Assembly: GCA_051252135.1 (NCBI GenBank)
Contig: JBPOGH010000001.1
Span: 480,001 to 544,000 of the forward strand
Source of the DNA: Verrucomicrobiaceae bacterium
GTDB lineage: Bacteria; Verrucomicrobiota; Verrucomicrobiia; Verrucomicrobiales; Akkermansiaceae
Direction: 5' to 3'
DNA length: 64,000 nucleotides
The position numbers and the translations under genes are program-made. The notes under the pieces were generated by a model. It did not search any database. It saw only the letters and a program-made list of their open reading frames with translations, and had not been told where the DNA came from. Shown in pieces: positions 11,670 to 20,551 of the stretch (its first letter is position 1; each line of letters starts with the position of its first letter).

Positions 11670-12965
11670 ATGACATCCGCCGCCGTCAAACTCTACGGAT
11701 CCACCATCGGAACCATCGCCTGGGACACCGATCAACAAGTCGGCGTCTTCCAATACGATCCCGGCTTCACCCGAAGCGGAATCCAGGTCGCACCCGTGCA
11801 AATGCCTCTCCGCGAAGCGCCCTACTCCTTCCCCCAACTCAATCCCGACACTTTTAAAGGCCTCCCCGGCATGCTCGCCGATGCCCTTCCCGACAAATTC
11901 GGAAATCTCCTCATCGACCAATGGCTCGCCCGTGAGAACCGCGAACCCGCCTCCTTCAACCCCGTCGAACGCCTCTGCTACCTCGGTAATCGCGCCATGG
12001 GAGCCCTCGAGTTCGAACCCACAACCCACCGCGTCGCTCCTGACCGACCTCTGGCAATCGATGCCCTCGTCAACCTGGCCAACGACATCCTAAGCCACCG
12101 CTCTTCCCTCGAAACCACTCTCATCGAAAACCACGAGGAGGACGCCCTCGCCGACATCCTTCGTGTCGGCACCTCCGCCGGGGGCGCTCGTGCCAAAGCC
12201 GTCATCGCCTGGCACCCTGTCAGCAATCAGATTCGATCCGGCCAAATCCCCCTCGAAGAAGGCTACGAACCCTGGCTCATCAAATTCGATGGGATCGAGG
12301 GCAACGCCGATAAGGAACTCAGCGATCCGCGCGGCTACGGCCGCATCGAATACGCCTACCACCTCATGGCCCGCGATGCCGGAATCGAAATGAGCGAGTG
12401 CCGCCTCCTCGAGGAATCAGGCCGCGCCCATTTCATGACCCGCCGTTTCGATCGCACCCCCTCCGGAGACAAGCTCCACCTTCAAACCCTCTGCGCCCTC
12501 GGCCATTACGATTTCAATCAGGCTGGTGGCTACAGCTACGAGCAAGCCTTCCAGATCGCCCGTCGAATCGGCCTCACCTACCCCGAACTCGAAGAACTCT
12601 ATCGCCGCGCCGTCTTCAACGTTCTTGCCCGCAATCAGGACGATCACACCAAAAACATCTCCTTCATGATGAACCGTAATGGTCAATGGGCCCTCGCTCC
12701 CGCCTACGATGTCACCTTTTCATACAACCCGAAAGGTCTCTGGACCGGGCAACACCAGATGACCTTCAACGCTAAGCGGGATGACTTCACTCTCGCCGAC
12801 CTCCTCGCCGTCGCCACCCGGGCGGACGTCAAACCTCGCCGCGCCAAGACCATCATCAACGATATCCGGTCAGCCATCGACCACTGGTCACGTCACGCCT
12901 ACACCGCCGGAATCGCCAGCGGCCTCAGTATCGGCATCGCCCGACAGTTCCGCACCATCCGATAA
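11670..12965 (+). CDS. hipA: HipA-family serine/threonine kinase toxin
   Basis: DALPDKFGN, GTSAGGARAK, NQDDHTKNISF, LAPAYD. Confidence 0.92.
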   Translation: MTSAAVKLYGSTIGTIAWDTDQQVGVFQYDPGFTRSGIQVAPVQMPLREAPYSFPQLNPDTFKGLPGMLADALPDKFGNLLIDQWLARENREPASFNPVERLCYLGNRAMGALEFEPTTHRVAPDRPLAIDALVNLANDILSHRSSLETTLIENHEEDALADILRVGTSAGGARAKAVIAWHPVSNQIRSGQIPLEEGYEPWLIKFDGIEGNADKELSDPRGYGRIEYAYHLMARDAGIEMSECRLLEESGRAHFMTRRFDRTPSGDKLHLQTLCALGHYDFNQAGGYSYEQAFQIARRIGLTYPELEELYRRAVFNVLARNQDDHTKNISFMMNRNGQWALAPAYDVTFSYNPKGLWTGQHQMTFNAKRDDFTLADLLAVATRADVKPRRAKTIINDIRSAIDHWSRHAYTAGIASGLSIGIARQFRTIR

Positions 12966-12977
12966 AACAAGGACACG

Positions 12978-13012
12978 AAAAAACCTGTCCACCAATGGCA
13001 GACAGGTAAAAA
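12978..13012 (-). terminator. Terminator between convergent hipA and rpsR
   Basis: ACCTGTC..GACAGGT stem; T run follows on the minus strand. Confidence 0.7.
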
Positions 13013-13042
13013 ATCGTTCGCAAGGAAGGAACGCTCTCCGGA

Positions 13043-13285
13043 TTACCGGATCAGGTTCACAGCACGGGATCTCTTGATCTCGCGGGTGATGGCACGGTGC
13101 ATCTTTGCAGACACTCCGGTCACCTTGCGGGGCAAAATACGACCGGTCTCGGTCGTGAACTTGGAAAGAATCTCGGGATTCTTGTAGCTGATCTTCTCAA
13201 ATGGAAGGTCAAGACGCTTGGTTGGGTGGGCCTTGTTGGCCTTACGGAAGTTGATCCGACGCTGGACGGTCTTTGGCTCAGACAT
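13043..13285 (-). CDS. rpsR: 30S ribosomal protein S18
   Basis: ISYKNPEILSKF.TETGRILPRKVTGVSAK.HR...REIKRSR. Confidence 0.95.
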   Translation of the reverse strand: MSEPKTVQRRINFRKANKAHPTKRLDLPFEKISYKNPEILSKFTTETGRILPRKVTGVSAKMHRAITREIKRSRAVNLIR

Positions 13286-13303
13286 AATAGGTAAAAGGAA
13301 AAG

Positions 13304-13477
13304 TTAGCGGAGTTCGCGGTGCAGAGTGCGACGGTTAAGGAATGGGTTAAACTTCACCTTCTCAAGACGACCTGGGGTATTCAGGCTCTTCTTGTTGCGG
13401 GTGCTGGTGTAACGTGACGGAGGTTTGCCTTCGGCGCGAGCCTCGGTGCACTCAAGGATAATAATGTCTCTAGGCAT
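13304..13477 (-). CDS. rpmG: 50S ribosomal protein L33
   Basis: [12 protein letters not shown]...[10 protein letters not shown]...[19 protein letters not shown]. Confidence 0.93.
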   Translation of the reverse strand: MPRDIIILECTEARAEGKPPSRYTSTRNKKSLNTPGRLEKVKFNPFLNRRTLHRELR

Positions 13478-13832
13478 GATCTTGCGAAATCGGGAGGCGG
13501 AAGCTATGAAAAATCGACGGGTGGTCAAGGGAAAACCCAGTAAAAGTCACAGAAGCAGGTAAAATAAAAAATCGTTGATTTCACAGCCTCCGGCGTCCAT
13601 CCTCCCGTCAGTTGAAGGTCATCAACGTAAATACGTTGTCACCGACTCTCTGTTTCCAGAGGTTCTCCAGCACCATGCCGGCAATTTGGTTCTCCTAAAT
13701 GTCAGGCCCTGAGCAGCTCCTCACATCAACACGCCGGACCGATTTCCGGAACCTTGGACTTCCCTGTCCTATGGCCACCCTGATCACCGGCAATGAGCTT
13801 CGCGCCTTCTCACAGCTTTATTTATTGAACGT

Positions 13833-15212
13833 ATGACTCCTCCCGACTCCGACTACGCGGACTCCTCTTCACGCTCGAACAGCCATGGCGGCTCTTCAGA
13901 TGGCGACAATCGCCAGCGCAACAATCGCCGACGCAGCAACAGCAATAATAACAACAATCGTAATCGCCGACGCAAAGGCGGCGGCGGCGGTGGAAACAAC
14001 CAAAATCGGGGCCGCCAGGACGGCTACGGACCACGGGGCGGCAGACAGCCAAGAGAACAAAAGGAGCGCAAACCGCTCGAATTCACCAGTGAACCGTTCG
14101 CCGTCACCGGTCTCTTCGAAATGACTCCAAAAGGATTCGGCTTCATCCGCCGGGCCGATCAAAACTTCGAACAAAATACCAACGACGTCTTCATCCCGCC
14201 CGATGTCGCACGAAACTGCGGACTCCGCTCCGGTGTTTGGATCAAAGGTCTCGCCCGGGACTCCACCCGCGGCCCCCAGCTCGTCGAGGTCACCACCGTC
14301 AACGACCTCCCTGCCGACACCGCCAGAAAACTCCCCTTCTTCGAAGAACTCAAGGCCATCAACCCCAACAAACGCATCGTCTTCGAAACCGAGCCCGATC
14401 GCTACACCACCCGGGTTGTCGATATCATGGCCCCCATCGGTCGCGGACAACGCGGACTCATCGTCTCGCCCCCCCGCTCCGGTAAAACCACCCTCCTTCT
14501 TCACATGGCCCAGGCCGTGCAAGAACGGCACGAAGAGCACATTCACCTCATGATTCTCCTCGTCGACGAACGTCCCGAGGAAGTCACCGAGTTTCGTCGC
14601 CAACTCCCGGAGGCCGAAATCTACGCCAGCTCAAACGACGAATCACCGCGCAACCACTGCCGCCTCGCAGAGCTCTGCATCGAACGCGCCAAGCGACTCG
14701 TCGAAGCCGGCCAGCACGTCTTCATCGTGATGGATTCCATCACCCGACTCGCTCGTGCCTATAATAACAACATGAGCGGAGGCAAAGAAAGCCGTGGCCG
14801 TGGCTACCAATCTGGCGGAGTCGTCGCCGGAGCCCTCGAAATGCCACGTCGCCTTTTCGCCGCTGCCCGCAACACCCGTGAAGCAGGCTCCCTCACCATC
14901 GTCGCCACCGCCTTGATCCAAACAAACTCCAAGGCCGACGAAGCCATCTTCCAGGAATTCAAAGGCACCGGCAACATGGAGCTCATCCTCGATCGCAAGA
15001 TTGCCGAGCACTACGTTTACCCCGCTGTCGACATCTTCAAATCCGGCACCCGCCGTGAAGAACTCCTCCTCCCGGACATCACCCTTCACAAACTTTACAT
15101 GATCCGCCGTGGCCTCGCCGGACACAAACCCATCGAAGCCATGGAGCGCCTCCTCTTCTTCATGAAGAAGTTCCCCAGCAACGCCCAGATGCTGCTGGAG
15201 ATCAAAGGCTAG
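13833..15212 (+). CDS. rho: Transcription termination factor Rho with a disordered N-terminal extension
   Basis: [64 protein letters not shown]. Confidence 0.95.
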   Translation: MTPPDSDYADSSSRSNSHGGSSDGDNRQRNNRRRSNSNNNNNRNRRRKGGGGGGNNQNRGRQDGYGPRGGRQPREQKERKPLEFTSEPFAVTGLFEMTPKGFGFIRRADQNFEQNTNDVFIPPDVARNCGLRSGVWIKGLARDSTRGPQLVEVTTVNDLPADTARKLPFFEELKAINPNKRIVFETEPDRYTTRVVDIMAPIGRGQRGLIVSPPRSGKTTLLLHMAQAVQERHEEHIHLMILLVDERPEEVTEFRRQLPEAEIYASSNDESPRNHCRLAELCIERAKRLVEAGQHVFIVMDSITRLARAYNNNMSGGKESRGRGYQSGGVVAGALEMPRRLFAAARNTREAGSLTIVATALIQTNSKADEAIFQEFKGTGNMELILDRKIAEHYVYPAVDIFKSGTRREELLLPDITLHKLYMIRRGLAGHKPIEAMERLLFFMKKFPSNAQMLLEIKG

Positions 15213-15274
15213 CTCTCAGCTGAGGTCGTCGGCTTTAGCCGCACTTTCTACGCGATCAGGTGATACGGTCGGGC

Positions 15275-16432
15275 CTACCCGACCAACCCGCCCACCACAC
15301 CCGCGCCAATCACGAGCGCCCACACCGGAACAAGCTTCTTTCTCAAGATCAGAAAAAGCAGCACCACCGCGGCCGCGTCCCTCAATCCCCCGATCGCCCC
15401 CCCAGTCGCCATCTGAATCAGGGCGAGTCCCAGCACTCCCACCACCGCAGCATTCGCACCCTGCACCGCCTTCTGCGCCCAAGCCTTGGAGCGCAACCGC
15501 CCCCAGACACTCATCGTCCCCGCTAAAAGCAACATCCCGGGAAGGAAAACCGCCGCAATCGCCGCCCCCGCTCCCGCCCAGCTGCTTCCAAAAAATTGCG
15601 TATACCCGCCAAGGAAAGCGCCAAAGGTAAACACCGGACCCGGCACCGCTTGCGTCGCACCATAGCCACCGAGAAAAACCTCCTTATCCATATATCCGCC
15701 ACCCACCATCGTCTCTTGCAACATCGGCAGCACCACATGCCCCCCTCCAAACACCAACGCCCCCGCCTGATAAATCCCCGCCAAACCCTGCCAATCACCT
15801 TTCCCGCTCACCCCAACACTCCAGAAAAGCAGCACCAAAAACACCACCATCGCCAACAACCCGCCCAAGCCTCGCCTCTTTTCATCTCCGGCACCCGGCA
15901 GCTCACCCGCCTTTAAGAAAACCACCCCCGCGACTCCCGCCAACCCAATCACCACAATCGTCATCCACGCCTGCGCCGCAAACCAAAGAATCACCAACGC
16001 CACAAGAGCAATCATCCCCCTCTTCATCCCGGTCGCCAGCGAACTCCGCATTCCCAGCCAAGCCCCCGCCACCACCGCAATCGCCACCAACTTCATTCCG
16101 TGAATCACCCCGCCGGAAAGACTTTCCACTCCCATCGCCACAAACAACATCACCAGAGCCGATGGCAGCGTAAATCCCAACCACGCCATAAATCCTCCCA
16201 ACAGGCCCGCCCGCTCATAACCAATCGCCGCCCCCAGTTGGCTGCTTCCGGGCCCCGGAATAAATTGACTCAATGCCATCAACTCCCCAAATCGCTCCTC
16301 CGAAACCCATCCCCGTCGCATCACATACTCCTCCCGAAAGTACCCCACATGGGCCACCGGCCCCCCAAAGGAAGTGAGCCCCAAACGCAGCGCGACCATA
16401 AAACATTCTAGAGCTTCTTTCATCCCGCGCAT
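15275..16432 (-). CDS. chrA: Chromate efflux transporter (CHR family)
   Basis: LGLTSFGGP, QFIPGP, FGGGHVVLP, QAVPGP. Exact start uncertain. Confidence 0.9.
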   Translation of the reverse strand: MRGMKEALECFMVALRLGLTSFGGPVAHVGYFREEYVMRRGWVSEERFGELMALSQFIPGPGSSQLGAAIGYERAGLLGGFMAWLGFTLPSALVMLFVAMGVESLSGGVIHGMKLVAIAVVAGAWLGMRSSLATGMKRGMIALVALVILWFAAQAWMTIVVIGLAGVAGVVFLKAGELPGAGDEKRRGLGGLLAMVVFLVLLFWSVGVSGKGDWQGLAGIYQAGALVFGGGHVVLPMLQETMVGGGYMDKEVFLGGYGATQAVPGPVFTFGAFLGGYTQFFGSSWAGAGAAIAAVFLPGMLLLAGTMSVWGRLRSKAWAQKAVQGANAAVVGVLGLALIQMATGGAIGGLRDAAAVVLLFLILRKKLVPVWALVIGAGVVGGLVG

Positions 16433-16519
16433 AAAAAGCACGACAATCCGCCCCCGTCAATTCGTCACCCAATCAAATACAAACCTTGAGCAAAGCGCAT
16501 TCATCACCTAACCAACGGC

Positions 16520-17737
16520 ATGCGTTTCGATGAGTTAGGGCTTTCCGCCCCCGTACTTCAGGCCGTTTCCGAGTCTGGTTACGAAAACCCCACCCCTATT
16601 CAGGCACAAGCCATTCCACTGATTCTTGAGGGCAAAGACCTCATCGGAGCCTCCCAAACCGGAACCGGAAAAACGGCAGCCTTCGCTCTCCCATCCCTCT
16701 GTAATATCGAGGCCAACGGCAAAACCCAGATACTCGTCCTCGAACCCACCCGCGAACTTGCCCATCAGGTCGCCGAGCAATTCGAGCACTACGGCAAGCA
16801 CACCGGTTGCAAGGTCGCCCTCCTCTACGGTGGCGTCGGCTACGGAGAACAGGATGCCGCTCTTAAGGGCGGTGCCGAGATCATCGTCGCCACCCCGGGC
16901 CGCCTCATCGACCACTTCTTCCGCGCCACCGCACGCTTCAAGCACGTGAAAATCCTCATCCTCGATGAAGTCGACCGCATGCTCGACATGGGCTTCCTCC
17001 CCCAGGTTCGTAAGATCATCAATGTCTGCCCCTGGAACAACGAGGAACAGACCCGCCAGACTCTCTTCTTCTCGGCCACCATGCCCGCCGTCATCAAAGG
17101 CTTTGCCGATTGGTGCCTCACCGATCCCGAATCTGTCGAGATCGCCCGCGCCTCGGTTTCCGATAAAGTCTCCCACGCCTTCTACCCCGTCGCCATGACC
17201 CAGCGCGATGGACTCCTCCTCGGCCTTCTTGAAAAGACGGACTACCACTCCGTCATGATCTTCACCCGTACCCGCAAGGAAGCTGATTCCGTCACCGCCC
17301 TCCTCAATGAGGTCGAAGCCATTCGCGGAAAGGTCGTCGCCATGCACTCCGACATCCGCCAGGCCGACCGCATGAAAGCCCTCAAAGGCTTCAAGGAAGG
17401 ACAATACGAAATCCTCGTCGCCACTGACGTCGCCGCTCGCGGCATCGACATCTCGGGTGTCACCCACGTCATCAACTACCGCGTCCCCGAAAATGCCGAG
17501 GACTACGTTCACCGCATCGGCCGCACCGGCCGGGCTGAGGCCGAAGGCGACGCCTTCACCCTGCTCACCGCCGATGAACTCGAATACGCTGACTCCGTCG
17601 AGCGCTTCCTTAGCAAAAAGATCAAACGCGAAAAACTTCCGGACTTCGACTACCACTACACCGCACTCCTCGAGACCGAGCCGATCAAATCCTTCAAAAA
17701 GCCCAAGCGCGGCGGAGGAAAACGTCGCCGCCGCTAG
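16520..17737 (+). CDS. DEAD/DEAH-box RNA helicase
   Basis: Q motif, GTGKT, PTRELA, DEVD, SAT, ARGID, HRIGRTGR. Confidence 0.95.
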   Translation: MRFDELGLSAPVLQAVSESGYENPTPIQAQAIPLILEGKDLIGASQTGTGKTAAFALPSLCNIEANGKTQILVLEPTRELAHQVAEQFEHYGKHTGCKVALLYGGVGYGEQDAALKGGAEIIVATPGRLIDHFFRATARFKHVKILILDEVDRMLDMGFLPQVRKIINVCPWNNEEQTRQTLFFSATMPAVIKGFADWCLTDPESVEIARASVSDKVSHAFYPVAMTQRDGLLLGLLEKTDYHSVMIFTRTRKEADSVTALLNEVEAIRGKVVAMHSDIRQADRMKALKGFKEGQYEILVATDVAARGIDISGVTHVINYRVPENAEDYVHRIGRTGRAEAEGDAFTLLTADELEYADSVERFLSKKIKREKLPDFDYHYTALLETEPIKSFKKPKRGGGKRRRR

Positions 17738-17749
17738 GCACCTCGTTCC

Positions 17750-18253
17750 ATGCGCACCCTCGGCATCGATCCCGCAATCCGGAATACCGGCTACGCGATC
17801 CTTGAAGGTGATGCCAACAACGCCAAAGCCCTCGACTTCGGCGTCATCTCGATCCCGCCCCGCGTCCCGCAGTCCAAGGCCCTCGATGCCATCTGCACCC
17901 ACATCAAGCACCTCATTACCAAGTGGGAGCCTGATGAAGTCGCTGTCGAAGGCATCATCTACGTCCAGTCCCACAAGACCGCCATCACCATGGGAGCCGC
18001 CCGCGCCGCCACCCTCATCGCCGCCGCCGGATTTGGCCTCCCCATCTACGAGTACGCTCCGCGCAAAGTGAAACAAGCCGTCGTCGGTAAGGGCACTGCC
18101 GACAAATCCCAGGTCGCCTTCATGATCCGCGCCCTCCTCGGCCTCGCCGAAACCCCTCCCTCCGATGCCGCCGACGCCCTCGCCATCGCCCTCGCACACC
18201 TGCAAGCCTTCGACCCCCGCCGCGCCGCCGCCTTCGATCGCAAGCAGGTCTAA
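17750..18253 (+). CDS. ruvC: Holliday junction resolvase
   Basis: LGIDP, AVE, EYAPRKVKQAVVGKG.A.K.QV, DAADALAIA. Confidence 0.95.
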   Translation: MRTLGIDPAIRNTGYAILEGDANNAKALDFGVISIPPRVPQSKALDAICTHIKHLITKWEPDEVAVEGIIYVQSHKTAITMGAARAATLIAAAGFGLPIYEYAPRKVKQAVVGKGTADKSQVAFMIRALLGLAETPPSDAADALAIALAHLQAFDPRRAAAFDRKQV

Positions 18254-18301
18254 AATCCCCTCTTTTCCTCCCGATCCCACTTTGATAGCCTCCTCGCTCC
18301 C

Positions 18302-20410
18302 ATGACACACCTACGTCATTTCTGGGCCCTCGTTCTCGCAGGCCTCATCTTCAGCCTCCCTGCATCCGGACAAACCCCGGAGCAGCTCGCTCAGCTGGAC
18401 CCCTCCGACCTCTACTTCCAGGGCTGGATGCTCGCCCGCGATGCCGATAACCTCATCGAAAAAGAAAAGCATCTCGACGCCTACGCCAAACTCAAAAAGG
18501 CCAAGGTCATGTTTGATACCGTCGCCGTCAATCACGCCACCTACAAACCGGACCTCGTCAAAGGCCGCCAGGAATCCACCCGCGAGACCATGGCTTCCAT
18601 TTACGACAAGGCCGTCGCCGAGGAAGCCGAAAAAAATAAGAACTCCGGCGGACTCCTCGAAGGAACCGGCCCCGGCACCCGCCTCGTCATCCCCATGGAC
18701 GCCGGAGCAGATGCCTCCCGCATGAAGGATCTTCAATCCCTCCAATCCGAGATCAATCAGCTCAAACGACAACTCAGCGACTCCATCAACGATCGCGACG
18801 CCAACGCCGCCCGACTCCGCAAAAGCCTCAACGAACTGGAAGCGGAACGCAATCGCATGGCCTCCGCCCCCCTCCGCTCCGAACTGGAAGCCCTCAACAC
18901 CGAAATCGCAGGACTCCGCCGCGAACGGGACGCCATGTCCTTGGCCCTCAGCAAAACCCGCACCGAACAGAAAAAGACCCTCGAAAAGCTCAAAGTCGCC
19001 CAACTCGCCATCACCGAATACCAAAAGAAGGAACGCGAACTCCGCGCCGTCATCGAAGAACAACGCCGCGTGAACGGTCGCGTCGCCAAAGGCCAGCAGG
19101 AGCAAATCGACGAACTCCGCCGCGAAGGAAAACAACGCGACCGCCTTCTCGCCGACGCCAACTCACGCGTCGAGGAACTCACTCTCAGCCTAAAGCAGTC
19201 CCAAGCCATGGTCGCCGAGCTCCAGGAAGAACGCGACGACCTCATTAAGGAAAAAGAGCAAATGGCCACCCTCCTCAAAATGAGCGCCGCAGACGGCGTT
19301 CAAGAGCTCCTCTCCCAAAATCTCACCCTCAGTAAAGAACTCAACGAAGCCAAACGCCGCGTCGAAGCCGCCACTGAAAACGCCAACGCCAACAACGACG
19401 ACGTCATCCTCGCCAAACGCGGACTCGTCATCGCCAAGGCCAAGATTCAGGAAGCCAGGCAGCAAAACGTGCAACACGAGATGCGCATCCGCGATCTCGA
19501 GACCCGCCTCAAACAGGCTCAGGACGACATCCTCGCCCGCGCCGAGTCCGGAAATCTCAGCGACGCCGACCAGGAAGAAATGTTCGTCCTTCGCGATATC
19601 GTCAAAAAACAACGAGACCAACTTCAGGCCCAACAAAAGAAAGGCCAACTCCTCGTCGAACAAGCCAAACGCATGGGCAGCGAGGATCCAAATTGGGCCC
19701 AGGCTGTCGCCCAATTCACCGGCTCCATGGCCCCCGTCCTCTCCGATGAGGAAAAAGCCATCATCGATGAAGTCAAGGCCGACTACACCGCCACCAGTCA
19801 ATTCCAACCCTCCGCCACCGAACGTCGCCAGGCCGCAGATGACCTTCGCCGCCGTAAGGAGGACCTCCAGCGCGTCGCCGGTCGTCTTTTTGCCAAGGAA
19901 GATATCGAAGCCGCCCGCGGCCTCCTCGGCATGATCATCGAGGAGGATCCCGGCGCTTGGGATGCCATGCTCAATCTGGGCATCGTCAACCTCCGCCTCG
20001 ATGACCCCGCCGGGGCCATCAAACAATTCCAACAAGCCATCCTCTACGCCGGCGACCGCCAAATCCCCCTCGCCCACTTCATGCTTGGAGATGCCTTCTA
20101 CCGCACCAACCTCTACGATGACGCCGAGCGGGAGCTCAACCTCTCCCTCTCCCTTGATCCCTCCAACGCACAGGCCAAAGTCCTCCTCGGCAACATGGCG
20201 GGACGCTTGGGACGCCCCGCCGAAGCCAAAGCACTCTTTCAGGAAGCCATTGAAACTGACCCCAACATCTGGGAGCCTCACTTCAACCTCGCCTACCTCG
20301 CCTCCCGTGCCGGCAACATGCAAGATGCCAAAATCCACTACCAGGAAGCCCTCCGCCGGGGAGCACCCGCCCGCGCTGATTTCGAGCGCACTATCGGTCT
20401 AAACCAGTAG
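18302..20410 (+). CDS. Exported long coiled-coil protein with C-terminal TPRs
   Basis: Signal peptide, heptad-rich middle region, TPR repeats (AMLNLG, AHFMLG, PHFNLA). Confidence 0.8.
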   Translation: MTHLRHFWALVLAGLIFSLPASGQTPEQLAQLDPSDLYFQGWMLARDADNLIEKEKHLDAYAKLKKAKVMFDTVAVNHATYKPDLVKGRQESTRETMASIYDKAVAEEAEKNKNSGGLLEGTGPGTRLVIPMDAGADASRMKDLQSLQSEINQLKRQLSDSINDRDANAARLRKSLNELEAERNRMASAPLRSELEALNTEIAGLRRERDAMSLALSKTRTEQKKTLEKLKVAQLAITEYQKKERELRAVIEEQRRVNGRVAKGQQEQIDELRREGKQRDRLLADANSRVEELTLSLKQSQAMVAELQEERDDLIKEKEQMATLLKMSAADGVQELLSQNLTLSKELNEAKRRVEAATENANANNDDVILAKRGLVIAKAKIQEARQQNVQHEMRIRDLETRLKQAQDDILARAESGNLSDADQEEMFVLRDIVKKQRDQLQAQQKKGQLLVEQAKRMGSEDPNWAQAVAQFTGSMAPVLSDEEKAIIDEVKADYTATSQFQPSATERRQAADDLRRRKEDLQRVAGRLFAKEDIEAARGLLGMIIEEDPGAWDAMLNLGIVNLRLDDPAGAIKQFQQAILYAGDRQIPLAHFMLGDAFYRTNLYDDAERELNLSLSLDPSNAQAKVLLGNMAGRLGRPAEAKALFQEAIETDPNIWEPHFNLAYLASRAGNMQDAKIHYQEALRRGAPARADFERTIGLNQ

Positions 20411-20452
20411 ATCCCGCAACCATCTGGGCTCTGGGAATTGCATCTTATTGAA

Positions 20453-20525
20453 TGTGACAATTCCGTCACATCCACGGGGAAATTTTGTCACATTTGACTG
20501 GCGTTATCGTCCCAATATCGTCACT
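20453..20525 (+). promoter_or_regulatory. Pho-box-like repeats on an 11-bp phase
   Basis: GTGACA 20454, GTCACA 20465, GTCACA 20487, GTCCCA 20509, GTCACT 20520, all at multiples of 11 bp, upstream of a phosphate transporter. Confidence 0.7.
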
Positions 20526-20551
20526 TCTTTGCCTCCTTCATCACACACACT

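Noticed and set aside
11064..13042. hipBA as part of a mobile element or defence island
   Set aside because: No transposase, integrase, flanking direct repeats or other defence genes.
13910..13995. AAC/GGC triplet runs as a tandem repeat or CRISPR-like array
   Set aside because: They encode the Asn and Gly tracts of Rho; I saw no repeat-spacer structure anywhere in the window.
16960..16980. DEVD instead of DEAD in the helicase
   Set aside because: A tolerated DExD variant; all other motifs are intact.
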